Shown here in pieces: positions 36,530 through 50,239 of a stretch of 64,000 nt of DNA (positions are counted from its first letter, which is position 1; each line of letters begins with the position of its first letter). A model generated the notes under the pieces. It ran no database searches. It saw only the letters and a list, made by a program, of their open reading frames with translations, and had not been told where the DNA came from. Origin of the DNA: Ginglymostoma cirratum (lineage: Eukaryota); contig JAHRHZ010000023.1 of the NCBI GenBank assembly GCA_024137785.1, positions 7,960,330-8,024,329 of the forward strand, in the 5' to 3' direction. Both the position numbers and the translations under genes were made by a program.

Positions 36530-36995
36530 GTTTATGCCACTGAATGTCCATAAAGAAGATAAAAAGAAAAAGAAAAAATACATGGGAACCTTGGGTGTGA
36601 AAGAGATGTTAAAAAAGTTTGAGAAAGAGAAGGAAGCATTGAAGAAACGAGAGGATCAGAAGAGCTTGCCCACTTCTCAGACTATGGTTGGCACTCTTCT
36701 TGAAACTGATAACAGCTCAATAAACATTAATGTTTCAGACCCTCTGCTTTCACTTATCGGATCAGCTAATGAGAGTGATCTTCTGAAAGTGGCCAGCACT
36801 GTGGACTTAGAAATAGATCTAGAACGTCTTCTGAATGAATCTCCTCCGGGCAGTCCTCTTAATGATTTTGATGATGGCAGTGATCCTCTCCCTGTACTAC
36901 AGTACTCAACAGCGGGTCAAACTCCAAAGCAAGTCCCCACATTACCAGAAGGGCTTCCAGCACTACTAGAAAAGCGTATTAAAGAGCTGACACAG
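36530..36995 (+). CDS. UBN1: UBN1 coding exon 6, FMPLNVHKEDKKKKKKY...DPLLSLIGS...LPEGLPALLEKRIKELTQ
   Basis: taatcag|G TTT...ACA CAG|gtaag; 466 nt; lies inside ORF 36504..37010. Confidence 0.96.
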
Positions 36996-38614
36996 GTAAG
37001 ATGCAGGTGAAACTAGTGTCTGAGGATGAAGAAGAAATCACCAGGCATATGTTTTAATTGTCCAAGCTTTTGTCGTTGTGGGATTTGTAACTTGTAGATG
37101 AAGTTTCCCATCAAGGTTGTCAATGTCTCAAGCTGCTGATGCAAAGAGATTTTGGTAGTTTGATTGGAATTCATTCACCAATAAGCGCAAATGCTACTCT
37201 TCTCCAATCTCTCAGTCGCGAATGTTGAACAGGACAAATAAATCAGTAGGAAACTGGATTGAGTTACCTTAGCTTTGGGGGTTGGATTTTGAGGTGCAGA
37301 GGCCGCGTGTTTTAATGGAAGATAACAGCAAACATTTTATTAACCAGTTCCTATGTCACCAGAAGTGTGCAGGTTGATCAAATATTCCAGATAATTGAGA
37401 GGTCCACATAACCACAGTAAAGCCTAACCAAGGGAAGCTTCGAGACATCAAAGCCCTCGACAAAAATCTATGTTAAACCATCAACACACCTCTTAAAATT
37501 AATGTAGAAACACACAGAAAGTAATAGAAACGTAATGCAGGGGATATACCCATCACTCTTATACTTTATTTGCAGTATAAATACTCAGGCTTTGTGTCAG
37601 ATCCCAGTATTTGAGGTACATAATTTTTGCCAGTTTTTCGAGTGCAGGTTGATAAGCAGCCAGTTAAAACAAAGTTAGTTGTATTCTGAGAGATTGATCA
37701 TCCGTTGCCATATCTGGCTGCACTGCAAAATATGAGGTCTTGCTGTCACCTGCTGAAACTTCTTGCTAATCTATGTTTATTCTGGAATGCAATGATAATC
37801 CCCAATTTTTTTGTTGAAAATCATCTTAAACCCTTTCCTGTGTCTCTTCTATTTGTGCTTCCACTAAGTGTTTGAAGCATGTGGACTAATTTGTCCATCA
37901 GATTGAAGACCATCCATTTGGCTGCCTCTGCTGCTTCATTCTCTTTTACTGTCATGCAGCAGATTAAGTTTCCAACTTGCCGTAATCCCGAACTCTCCTA
38001 TCATCCTTCGTGCCCTCCTTGTGCTCATCTTCCACTCTCTAAAGCCAATTCCCACTGAACTGACCAGCCAACCTAAAAAGGCATATAGGAACAAGAGTAG
38101 ACCATATTGTCTTTTGAGCCTGCTTCACTATTAAATATCGACATGAATAATGATCTGTCTCACCTTGACTGTTCCATTCGCTCCTCCTCTCTTGATTCCC
38201 AAAGCTGTTTACCTTGGCCTTAAAGAAGTTTAAAAGTGGAACCCACAGCAATGCGGTTGATACTTTGTTCAAGGACGATTAGGGATGAGCAACAAATGCA
38301 AGACTTGCCAGCAATGCCCACGTCCCATGTAAGAATAAAAAAAACCTCCCTTCAAATAGGGGGAGACAAAATTAACACAGTATCAGATTTGATCTCGCCA
38401 TAGCTGTGCAAAATGGCCTGTTAATTTTTGTTATTAATGTACTGCTGACCCTTTGTAATAAAGGCCAGCATTCCATTCAGCATTTTATTTGATTTGTTAT
38501 ATTTGCATGCTAACTTTTGTTTTCTGTGAGAGTACTCCCAAATCTCTCTCCTCCTTAACCATTTAGAAAATTCTGCTTTTCTATACTAGTTGCCACAGTG
38601 AATAATTTCTCACT

Positions 38615-40255
38615 TTAGAACATAGAACAGTACAGCACAGTACACAATGTTGTGCCGACCTATCATCCTACTCTAAGATCAAACTACCCTGCATACCCTG
38701 TATTTTACTATCATCCATGTGCCTATCCAAGAGTCGCTTGAATGTATCTGACTCCACTACCCCTGCTGGTAGCGTATTCCATGCACCCACCACTCTCTGT
38801 GTAAAGAACCTACCTCTGACATCTCCCCTATACCTTCCTCCAATCACCTTAAAGTTATGCCCCCTCGCAATAGTCATTTCCACCCTTGGGAAAAAGTCTC
38901 TGGCTATCCATTCTATCTATGCCTCTCATCATCTTGTACACCTCTATCAAGTCACCTCTCATCCTTCTTCGCTCCAGTGAGAAAACCCCAAGCTCCCTCA
39001 ACCTTTCCCCATAAGACCTGCCCTCCAGTCCACGCAGCATCCTGGTAAATCTCCGCTGCACCCTCTCTAAAGCTTCATTCCTATAATGAGGCGACCAGAA
39101 CTGAACGCAATATTCCAAGTGTGGTCTAACCAGAGTTATGGAGAGCTGCAGCATAACCTCACGGCTCTTAAGCTCAATTCCCCTTCCAATGAAAGCCAAC
39201 ACACCATTTGCCTTCTTTACAACCCTACCGACTTGGGTAGCAACTTTTGAGGGATCTATGGACGTGGACCCCAAGACCTCCTCTGTTCCTCCACACTGCT
39301 GCCATTAACCCTGTGTTCTGCATTCAAATTCAACCTTCCAAAATGAATCGCTTCGCACTTTTCTGGGTTGAATTCTATCTGCCACTTCTTTGCCCAGCTC
39401 TGCATCCTGTCAATGTCCCGTTGCAACCTACAATAGCCCTCCACATTGTCCACAACTCCTCCAACTTTTGTGTCATCGGCAGACTTCTTAATCCACCTTC
39501 CCACTTCCTCATCCAAGTCATTTATAAAGATCACAGAGCAGAGGTCCCAGAACAGATCCCTGCGAAACACGACTGGTCACCGACCTCCAAGCTGAATGCT
39601 TTCCATCTGCTGAATACTTTCCATCTACGACTACCCTCTGTCTTCTATTGGACTGTATCCAGACAGCCAAATTACCCTGATTCCTGTGCCTCCTTACATT
39701 CTGAATGAGCCTACCATGGGGAACCTTATCAAATGCCTTGCTAAAATCCATATACACCACATCCACTGCTCTGTCTTCATCAATGTGTTTTGTCACGCCC
39801 TCAAAGAATTCACTAAGGCTTGTGAGGCATGACCTGCCCCCCTCAAAGCCATGTTGACTATTTCTAATCAAACTATGCTTTTCCAAATAATCATAAATAC
39901 TACCTCTCAGAATCCTCTCCAATAATTTGCCTACCACAAAAGTAAAACTGACCGGTCTGTTATTCCCAGAATTATCCCTAATGTCTGTCTTGAACAATGG
40001 AATAACATTTGCCACCCTCCAATCATCTGGTACTACTCCAGTGGACAGTGAGAACGCAAAGATCATCGCCAAAGGCACAGCAATCTATTCCCTCGCTTCC
40101 CGTAATAACGTTGCGTATATCCCGTCTGGCGCAGGGGCCTTATCTTTCCTCGTATTTTTCAGTATTTCTAGCACATCCTCCTTCCTAATGTCACCCTGTT
40201 CAATCATGTTAGCCTGTTTCATGCTGTCCTCACAAACGTCAAGGTCCCTCTCACT
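38615..40255 (-). mobile_element. 5'-truncated CR1-clade LINE (HER1-like), degenerate ORF2 reverse transcriptase
   Basis: Frameshifted ORFs 39518..40078 (VPDDWRVANVIPLFK, YMDFSKAFDKVPH, QGSVLGPLL), 39256..39570 (ADDTK), 38855..39274 (LVRPHLEYCVQFWSP) and 38668..38883; CR1 3' tail near 38615. Confidence 0.93.
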
Positions 40256-40710
40256 CCTTTACTTCTCCACTTTGCAGTTGAATCTTCCATCTTGTTGCCC
40301 ATTCTTTGCAGCATATTGTGTCCTCTTCTTGGCTTGCGTATCCATCGATCTTTGTATAATCACAAACTTCAGTAGTTATACATTAAGTAGGAAGATGAAG
40401 AAACAGTAGATTGCAAACACCTGAGAACCCAGCACTAATATTGTGGCACTCCACTCGTCAGAACCTAACAACTTGAAAGTGAACAGTTTATTCTCCCTAT
40501 TTGGTTTCTGTCCACAAACCAATCCTCTATTCATGATAATAATATTAACCCCAAATCTGAATCATTATCTTGCATATTAATATTTGACATGCCTTTTCAA
40601 AATCCAGTCATCCTATATCTACTTAAGCCTGTTTACTGACCCTACTAGTTAAATCCTCCAGAAATTAAATTTGTTATTGCGGTTTTCCTTTTGTAGTACC
40701 ATTTGATCTG

Positions 40711-42033
40711 TTCGCTGAGCTGGTGTGCTTGATTGCAGATATTTCATCACCCTGCGAGGTAACATCGTCAGCGCATCTCTGGTTAAAGCATTGCTGTTCT
40801 GTCCTGCCTATTTATGTGCCTTGGTTTGCTGGGGTGGTTGGCATCACTTCCAGTTTTGTTTGTCAGTGGTTTGCATCTCGGGTCCAGTTCAGTGTGTTTA
40901 TTGATGGACTTCTGCTTGGAATGCCAGGCCTCCAGGAATTCCCTGGCATGTCTCTATTAGGCTTGTGCTATTTCGGATGTGTTGTCCCAGTCTAATTCGT
41001 GTTCTCCTTTGTCTGTGTATATTGAGACCAGTGAGAACTGGTCGTGTCTCTTATGGCTAGCTGGTGATCATGTCTCCTTATTGTCAGTTTTCTTCTAGTT
41101 TGGCCTGTGTAATGTTTCTCACTGTCCTTGCATGGTATTTTGTATATTACGTTAGCCTTAATGGTTGTGGGTTAGGGATCCTTTACATTCGTCAGTAGCC
41201 GTCGCAGGGTGGTTAGTTTGTGGGCTATCCTGATACCTAGTGGCCTGAGTAGTCTTGTGGTCCTCGCTGATAGGTCTCTCATGTACGGTAGGGTGGCTAG
41301 TGTGTCTGGCCATGTTGTGGTCTGTCGCAGAGGTAATGACAGATTGTGCTTTTTGGGTATCGTGCCACAACAAGAAGACACAACACGGCCAGACACATTA
41401 GTCACCCTCCTGTACATGAGAGACCTATCAGATGACCACAAGACTACTCGGGCCACTAGGTATCAGGGTAGCCCACAAACTAACAACCACCCTGCTATGG
41501 CTCCTGACGAACGTAAAGGATCCCATACCCACGAACATTAAGGCTAGTGTAATATACAAAATACCATGCAAGGGCGGTGAGAAACATTACACAGGCTAAA
41601 CTAGAAGAAAGCTGACAATAAGGATACATGATCACCAGCTAGCCACCAAGAGACACGACCAGTTCTCACTGTTCTCAGTACACACGGACAAAAGAGGACA
41701 CAAATTTGACCGGGACTACACATCCCGAATAGCACAAGCCAAATAGAGACATGCCAGGGAATTCCTGGCGTCCCGGCGTTCCAACTGGAACTCAATCAAC
41801 AAACACTGGACCCGATATACGAACCACTGAGAAACAAATTTGGAAGTGATACTAACCAGCCCAGCAAACCAAGGCACATAAATAACAAGCCAGACAGAAC
41901 ACCAACGCTTCACCGAAGGTGTGCTGACGATGTTACCTCACAAGGTGGCAAAACGTCTGCAGTCAAACACCGGCACAGTGAGCGAGTCTACAGCCTCATC
42001 CACAACCCGAGCTACAAATCTTCTCAAAAACTT
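40711..42033. mobile_element. Penelope-like element, two head-to-head inverted copies of the GIY-YIG end
   Basis: Plus arm encodes degenerate VIYKIPCKGGEKHYTG*TRRKLTIRIHDHQLATKRHD (GIY-YIG endonuclease); minus arm encodes LPYMRDLSARTTRLLRPLGIRIAHK; arms are reverse complements; each ends in a hammerhead-like motif. Confidence 0.85.
40731..40777 (-). ncRNA. Minimal type I hammerhead ribozyme motif in the left Penelope arm
   Basis: Minus strand: gatgcg-CTGACGA-t-GTTACC-tcgcag-GGTGAT-GAAA-TAT-C-tgcaatc; conserved core present, palindromic ATAT stem III. Confidence 0.65.
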
Positions 42034-42774
42034 TGAACCGTATTGACCATCTGATCATAATACGGTTTTCTAAGTACATTAAAATTTCCTCAAGAAATAT
42101 ACCCAACCATTATTCTGATGATTGACATGAGGGTAATGTTTCTGTTGTCCCTTGTTTTTAATTTTTTTAATGTAAGTGTACCATTTGTTAACTACCGATC
42201 TGCTTGGGACATTCTAGAGTCGAGGTACTTTCAGAAAGTCATAATCCGAGAGAGGCTAATTCTTTTTTTTAAACAGATCTTACAATCTTCTATGAATTGT
42301 ACCAAACAAAGCAATCCTGTCTCAGAAGGGAGTCATTTTTATGGCATATACAATGTTATATTCTGATCTAGTGGCTACATGTGACTCCAGATCCTTAACC
42401 ATGTAGTTGTCTCTTGAATGCCCTTTTGAAATGGCCTATTGTGTCTCTACTTCAAGGGCAATTAGAAATAGTCAGCAAATGCTGGTCTTGCCATTGACAC
42501 CACATCCAGTGAAATAATTTAAGAAGCAGGATAATGTCACTTGCAGTTTGAGGAGAATTGTAAAACTGAATTAATGTTTGTGGCTAGTAACGTGAAATAG
42601 GGAATACCAGGAACCAGGTTCACTAAAGGATCTGGCGGTATAAAATTTCATGACACTTGCTTTCAAAATTTTAAAGTAATTGCAAGTTTCTGAATTTACG
42701 TAGCATTGTTTGTAATATTCAAATAGTTAATCCGGTGTGTGAGTCTTATCGAAGAATGCATTCTGCCAATCACA

Positions 42775-43715
42775 TTAGTTTCATTGCCGGTGTGATGTTA
42801 GATGTGTAGACTACACATACCAAAGGCTAGTGGATCACACTGAACAGCACATCCCTTCGGCTGTTCACAACAAGCAGGACACTGACCATATTCAACCACC
42901 CCGTGCTTGCAAAACTCAATGTCTAACATTAGAAGTGATTCTGTAATTGAACAGCATTTATTGTATAATTATGAAGGTTTTATTCATTCATGGGATTTGG
43001 GCATAGCTGGCTAAGCCAGCATTTATTACCCGTCTTTAACTGCTCAGATATCAGTTAAGAGTCGACCACGTTGCTGTGGATCTGGATTCAGAATCTAGGC
43101 CAGACCAGGGAAGGAGAGCAGTTACCTTATCTAAAAGGACACTAGTGAACCAGATGTGTTTTTCCAACAATTAACATTAGACCTATAATTCCGAATTTCT
43201 ACTGCATTCAGACTCCACCATTGCTATAATGGGATTTGAACCGGCATCCCCAAAGCATTGCTGTAGTCTCTGGCTTAGTAGTCTTGTAATGAAACGATTA
43301 GGTCATCATTTCCCCTTGCAAGTTAGATTGACAACCAATTTTAATTTGTCATTGAGTTTATAGTGTGGCACATGTGCATGGTTTGGAAGTCATATTTATT
43401 AATATGTAAAGCCGTAGTCTTTGCAGACAGTCTGTGCCTTTTCACCTCATCAATATAGGTGATGGCCATTGAATCTGCCAGTTTTAAAGTGTTAAACAAA
43501 ACTTGACAGTTGACTGTCAGTCATCACTAATTGATGCACTCGCCTTGGCAATACCTCCACTAGCTAGAGTCTGTTTGCCAACCAAACAACACTGTCCTTC
43601 CATACAGTATAAATGTTTTCTCTTTATGTTGTTGTTGTTGTTCTTGTGAATTATCCTAATAAGTGCTGGACAAAAAGCTTCAATAAAATGTCTTTTTTTT
43701 CAGTGATACTCAACT
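42775..43715 (+). mobile_element. Old Penelope-like GIY-YIG remnant interrupted by a SINE
   Basis: Faint FHCRCDVRCVDYTYQRLVDHTEQHIPSAV (cf. FQCxCDARYVGRTSQRL); resumes after the SINE at ~43320; decayed hammerhead-like end near 43655-43685. Confidence 0.55.
42978..43315 (-). mobile_element. Second-family SINE nested in the Penelope remnant
   Basis: ttattcattcatgggatttgggcatagctggctaagccagcatttatt tail; B-box complement gggatttgaacc. Confidence 0.65.
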
Positions 43716-44291
43716 TGCATGCTACTGAAATACTCTTGAATTCAGAAAATGTTCTGAAAGTCGGCATTGTTCTTATCCCAGGTAGTTAGAGAGTGAACTA
43801 TGGAATTGGAGCCAATTTACTGAAACTGAAAAGTTTTTATTTAGAGAGGACGTTATAAAGATAAATCTCCAAGCCCAACAACAACAATTTCAATCTGTCT
43901 CTTTTCATGGGAACACCAGTGAATCTGTACTTAATGGTCATTATCTGATTCGTTATTGCACTCATTTTGCAGTTAAAAGGTTCTTAACTGACATTGAGCG
44001 ACTCCAAAAAGTGCATACCAAAATGTTAACTTTTGTCAGTACAGTTCATTGTAGGTTTTTTCATACTTGTTTGATATCTTTTAAGATTATTTTTGAAAAC
44101 GAAGTGGCCAAAAGACGATTGAATTGAATCTTTTTTTCTTCTTCTGTAGTTATTGGTTGCCATTCAGTTTTGTATATGACAAACTGGTGCTGAAGATCAT
44201 CAAGAACTGCAGCTCTTTAATCCAATTAAAATAGGCTTTAGAAGGGACCTGAAGGTACGAAAAAAAAGCTGATGATATTCTTGTCTTGTAG

Positions 44292-44362
44292 GCTGCCAAA
44301 GCCTTAGAAGGAGAGGGGAAGCAGAAATTCTTCACACAAGATGTCAATAATATTCTGCTTAA
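44292..44362 (+). CDS. UBN1: UBN1 coding exon 7, AAKALEGEGKQKFFTQDVNNILL(N)
   Basis: cttgtag|GCT...CTT AA|gtaagt; 71 nt; ubinuclein middle domain. Confidence 0.95.
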
Positions 44363-45171
44363 GTAAGTATAATGCAACAATCATTGGTTTCCTTTCAGAA
44401 AAGTGAGGCATTTTTCTTTTGAAAAGATGAAACTAATTGGTGCCTTAGAAAAATTGTGAAGGGATTTGATAGGTTGCTGTACCAAATTTGTCTATTTGGG
44501 GAGTACAAAACTAGAAGGTACAGAGGAAATCCATTAAAGAATTTCAGGATGGAAACTCTTGAGTGGTTGCAAATAGCGTTTTCTTAAATGCATCGGTGTT
44601 AGGCAAGTACAAGTGGTATATGCTAGCAGGATTTAGCAAATTAAGGTGCAAGGAAGCTCGTGTTTAGAATAAGCAGCAGCATGATCAGTTAGGCTGATTA
44701 TCCTGTAAATTCTACGTAATTTAAATTTAGGGGTGTTGAATTCCCATGAAAGAGTTTATTTTACTCTATCAGCCAAACATATGGGCTGATTTTCACAGTT
44801 TCATTAGATGCACAAATCAAAACTATTTAACAATTTTCTATTAGATTACATAAATGTATACGATGTACTTTTTAAAAATTGCTTTTCAAATTAAACTTGT
44901 CACATCATGTCTTAAGTACTTTGCCTCAAGGCAGGTCCTTGGTTCATTGTCTGCCACTCATCTTGAGCAGCTCCCTTGGCAGTTTTTGTCAATGGTAATT
45001 TGTAATTGCTTTCCACACTCAAGCATAGGGCATGAAGGCAGATCCTAAATTTACCTCAGTAGAAGTGAAATCAAACTCGTACTGTTGGTTTTATTTTGAA
45101 CCTGGAATAAATGTTAGTGATTAGCACAGCGTTTAGTGAACCTAGAGTTCAGCTTAGGGGAAAAAGTTCCC

Positions 45172-45352
45172 AAAGAAGTGCAGATGCTGGAAATCAGAAA
45201 CAAAAACAGAAATTGCTAAGAAGTCCAGCAGACCTGGCAGCATCTGTACAGAGAAAATAGAATTAAAATTTTGTGTCCAGTGGCCCATCTTCAAAACTGT
45301 ACAGATGCTGTCAGGCCTGCTAAGCTTTTCCAGTAATTTGTTTTTGTTTGTG
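45172..45352. mobile_element. Same short repeat family in inverted (foldback) form
   Basis: aaacaaaaacagaaattgct...cagcatctgtaca and tgtacagatgctg...agtaatttgtttttgttt arms flank a decayed minus-strand hammerhead. Confidence 0.7.
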
Positions 45353-45891
45353 CAGATTACGAATGTGCGTATGAAGGGCTGCATGGTCGAAATAACTTGG
45401 TGAATCTTGTTCTAATGTTTGGAGAATTGTGCAAGGCCAGCTATTCTCCATCTAAATTCATGATACCCCTTGCCAACACCTGAAGCTCTGCTCCGAGAGA
45501 GCAAATTTAAACAATTTACTCTTGTTTTTCTGCTGCGGTACATCATTCCTCATGCTGCATGAACAAAGTGTCTCCTTGTATTGTTAGTTGTGTTGTGTGA
45601 TGTGAATAACAAGTCATTGAAGTGGTGGTAAAGCTGATTTCTTGCCATCCAAGTACTTAGTGCAGGACAGAGAGTGGCTAAAGTACAAATGAACAAATCT
45701 GTTTCCGTTATATAACCTGGTGCTGTTTGAACTGCCAGTTTTAAAATTATTTTATCTTGCAATGTTTATACGTAGTATTGAAGCATGAATGTGTATTATT
45801 ACAGAAGTATAGTTGTTTCTAATTTCAATCATGTGTCTGTAAGGATCTCACTGTGCACTCTTCATCTATTTTGATGTGTTTGTGCTTTCAG

Positions 45892-46021
45892 TATTGAACT
45901 TCAGTCCCGTGAATTGAATAGTCAGGCCCGCTCTGGGGTTTATGCACACCTGGCATCCTTCTTACCATGTAGCAAGGATACTCTGGTCAAAAGGGCAAAG
46001 AAGCTACACATGAATGAGCAG
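45892..46021 (+). CDS. UBN1: UBN1 coding exon 8, [43 protein letters not shown]
   Basis: gctttcag|T ATT...GAG CAG|gtaact; 130 nt. Confidence 0.96.
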
Positions 46022-49000
46022 GTAACTAATGTGAAAATTAGTGTTCCAGGATAAAATCCATTTCTGTAACTATGACTCTTTGAGGAAAACCATTTACAGA
46101 TACATTGTTGCATTCCTGATTTAAAAAATCTGTGACAGACTAAAGATCTGTGATTGCAACCAAATTTGCAACATGACAATATCTAAAAATTAAACTTTTA
46201 TACTGAAGTATTGTTACTAGCTTTAGTTATTGATTGTAAATTTGAGTATACAATCTATCATTATGCTAGTTCAAGGGTATTCTTAAGAATAAATTTTTAT
46301 TTTGCAGTAGGTATAGTTTACAAATGAAGTTCTTTTTAAGATTAATGCTTGGAAAGATTTATATTAATTATAAAGTGATTAAATACTTGCATAAATAAAT
46401 TGCCTTTTGACAGTGGTCCAGGAGCACATTTAAATTTTGAAAATACTGTGCAGTAGCCTCTTATTGTAGTTATTTGATTAAAGCATTTGCTGGTTTTATG
46501 TTTAAGAATGCACAACAATCATGTCCAAAAGCTGTATGGTTAGCACATGACCTCATCTATTTCATCTTTTCCAAATACGTTGCTGGATAAAGTCGTCTTC
46601 AGCATATGTTATACATTGTGATCTCCTATCCTTAAATTCCTGAAAGCACATTCCTTTGTCATCTTTATTTTGTCTGCTCATATCACATGTAAGGATGGCA
46701 CAGTTTACTGCTACAATTAAGGGAAAGAACAACTTGCTAAATGCTGCTGTGCTATTTCTGTTAAATCAACCTTTTTGATCACTCATGATTTGCTGGAACA
46801 CTCCTATTTCAATAGGTTATAGTACAGATAGTTATGTGTTAGTGGCTTATACACGGTACATTAAGCTTATTATCGAGACTGACGCTACGGTGTTGCGTTG
46901 TTGCGGGTGTCCTCTGTTGCGTGAATGGTTACAACAAAGATTAAACTATTAATTATGCAGTTCACATGAGTACAAAAGATCCTATTGCAAAGGAGGAGGG
47001 AGTTCCAGTGCTCTGACCTATGTTCTTCTATATACCGCTTTTTCGGACCAAACAAAAGTAGGTGTTTTATCTCCATTGTAGTTGCTGGGATTTTGTTGGT
47101 ATAGAATTGGTAGTACATTTTCCTACACGAAGCCACTACATTTCACAATTGTTTCTTGCTTGGAAGTACTTTGATGTGACATGAGACTATACAAAGAAAG
47201 CACAGATTAAATGACTAAAGCCCTTTATAGACTTGTTACTCATGTAAACTATCAGAATTCTTATTTGTGGAAACAGAAGTTGAGGTACGCAAGAGTGGAA
47301 GAAGAGCCCCTTTCAGTGACGTCAACATTGTGATGACTCATCAGGGTCTAAGATAGGAGTCAAGTCAACTTTTACAGCAATCTCAGTACTTGAGCAGCTG
47401 AACCAAATCATGATTCAGCAATTCAAGGCAATTGTTTTACCACTTTGTCCATTCATGGAATGTGCGCCAGCAGTTAACATGCATTCCTAAATGCCTTTGA
47501 GAGGTAGTGGTGAGCTTTCTCTTGAACTGCTGCTGTACTTGTATACGTACATCCACAACCCACACTGATAAGAAGGGAATTCCAGGATTTTACCCCAGGA
47601 ATATTCCAGAAATATTGATATAGTATGATGCCAGGATGCTGTTGTGGCTTGGAGCAGACTTTGCAAGCTGTAATGTTGGAATGCATTTGTTACCCTTATC
47701 CTCCGAGGTAGTTCTGGTCATGGGTTTGAAATATGCTATCAAAGAAGTCTTAGCAAGTTAACTGAATTGCATCTTGCAGTTGAAGGGAGTTCATGTTGAA
47801 GAAGGTGGATGGGTTCAATCAAGTAGGCTCCATTATCCCAAATTACTTGAGTATTGTTGGAGCAACAATTTCAGTGAGGAGTGGGATAAAGCACTTGGGG
47901 CTAAGGGGATGTAAGGGTATGGGTGGGGTGGGGAGGGGAAGGTAGGAACAGGCTATTGAGTCGGATGATTAGCCACGATAATGATAACAGAGCAGCCTCG
48001 AAAGGTCAAATGGCCGACTCCGGTTCTATGTTTCTATGGATGGACATCAGGACGGTGGGGCAGAGAAAATACAGAGTATCATTTTTGCAGTTCCTCACTT
48101 GTGACCTGTTCTTGTAACCGCAGTATTTATATGGCTGGTCCAGTTAGTTAGTTTCTGGTTAATGGTTTAAACACCCACCCCCTTGCATTGTGGTTTTAGC
48201 TAGATGCAATTCATATTCTTAGGATGCTTGATTCTGTGAAATTACAAACCTACACCAGCTCTGAGCCCGTTGCAAAAAATTGCTGTGGATCTGTGAACAG
48301 GACAGCAGCAGCAAGATTCTTCAACCCATTAGATTGGAGAATCCCACTGGACATGCAGGGTTCAAACCAGGAAGAATGATGTAGGAAATGTAAATTAAGT
48401 TCAAACGGTATTCTGGAAAGCAATCTGAAGGTTGGAAACTGCAGGAGAGATATTTAAAAACTGGCAGAAAAATAGTCTGTGGAATGATAGTCTGAGAATT
48501 TTTTCAAGGTAGAAAGGTTGTTCTGTAATATAATTTATTATCACATTTAAAATTCTCTCTTGATTGCCCCATCCCGAAGTCTCTGAGCTATTCTTAGTAT
48601 TGGTTTGTCGTATTTAGTATTAAATTCTAGCAAGTTTAACTAATTTCAATGGCAAACGCATCATCAAGGACTGCGACAAAACCACAATGTGGCTGCATAG
48701 GGTGTCTCTGTCGGGATTTCCTAGTTTAAGTGCACATGTGCATGCTCCAAAAGTTGCTGTGTGATTTCCTTTCAATGGTCTGTGAGACTGCATCCATGTT
48801 GTTTTCATTGCAAATTCTGGGCTAACTGTTTATAATGTTGAAATTTAAATATATTAGTTAAATTTCTTTGCAAAATTTGCAAATGACGTGCAACCTTACC
48901 ACCCTTTACAGCGTGGTTCCGTTCTGTTTTTCTTGTAGGAACATTTTGCACATTTGCTCTTAAGTTTTTGTAGTAAGATTTGACCTTTCAACAGTGAAAA

Positions 49001-50239
49001 ATGCTTGTTTATTTGACCATGGTTAAAGATTAAAGTTAAACACTGCTGTGGGCTTTGTTTAACCACAAGATTGTCTGATATAAAACCAGCATGAGTATGA
49101 AGCAACTGTTGATTGCAGTGTGGAGAGAGTGATCAGTAAAGTTGTGGTTCTATCTATATGCTTCATGCTTCACTATTAATAAGTCTGCTGAAAGGCCAAG
49201 TGGTGACAGTTAAGGCTGTACATTAGTTCAAGAGTCTTACTACCACTGAATGATCAAATCATGAGTCAGCAGTAGACAGTTAGAGAGAGGAGATACTTAT
49301 CAACTGTGGATGACCACCTTCTTTATTAAAGTTTTAAACTGAAATGATTTTTAATTGGTATGTATAAATGGACAGTTGTTGTCATATAAGTAATCAAAGC
49401 CATTTGTTTTATTTGTCAATGCATTGTTCTTATTTCCAATCAGATTTTCCTCAATTAGATATAATAATGTAACAATCTTTTTTAGTACATGGCTCTTTTA
49501 TATATTTCCTTTAAAAGCCATTTTCTTATCATCCAGTGGTAATGCTGATGCACTTTTTTCCCCTACCTTTTGGAAAGCTAAATCTTATTTTGTCACTCCA
49601 TTTCTTTTCCTAGCCATAATTCCTGCTTTCAGCAGCTTAAATATCACAGCACTGTGCTGTACTTTGTACAAGTTGCATCTGCTTTTTCGACCTTTTACAT
49701 GTGGAAATTATGAATCATTAAGAGTAGGCAGTGCTTCTTTTATTTTACCTATAGACAACAGCATATCATGCCATCAGAGAAAAACACCCTTTGTTTTTAA
49801 AAAGTTAAGACCTAAGTTTAAATTACTCCCTTCCGTTCATTCTTCATTAGGTTTTATGGTTATACTGTACCCTGAATGCATTGTAACCATTGTAGATCAA
49901 AGCTTGCGATGGAGATGAAATGCTGACATTGAAGGGTGGGGTGAAATTACCTTTTGTATTGAGAAACTTTATAGGAAAGTTCCTATAGTTCAGGAGATTA
50001 TGCAAGGTGAAAGGAATAGGAGAGAAGATCAGTTTGAGCGCTTGTGATTAGATAAAGCCATGAATCAGTTTTGGTCATGTTGTTTTCGCCTTTGCCTCTG
50101 AGCAAAAAGATTTTGGGCTCAAACTCCACATGAGGCTCTGGGTGCCCAAGCCAAATTGCCACTCTGAACAGTACCAAAGTGAATTATTTTTTTTTTTTTG
50201 TTTGAAGAGCCTTCCTTCGTATGAGTGATTTAGATATAG

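Noticed and set aside
38668-40078. Reverse-transcriptase ORFs as a functional or domesticated gene
   Set aside because: Multiple frameshifts, degraded catalytic motif (SADD), and 5' truncation indicate a dead CR1 copy
47914-47943. G-quadruplex-like G runs
   Set aside because: Lies within a decayed CR1 3' fragment deep in an intron; no sign of function
49424-49918. 164-aa hydrophobic ORF
   Set aside because: T-rich intronic sequence with a non-ATG start, no recognisable domain and no splice support
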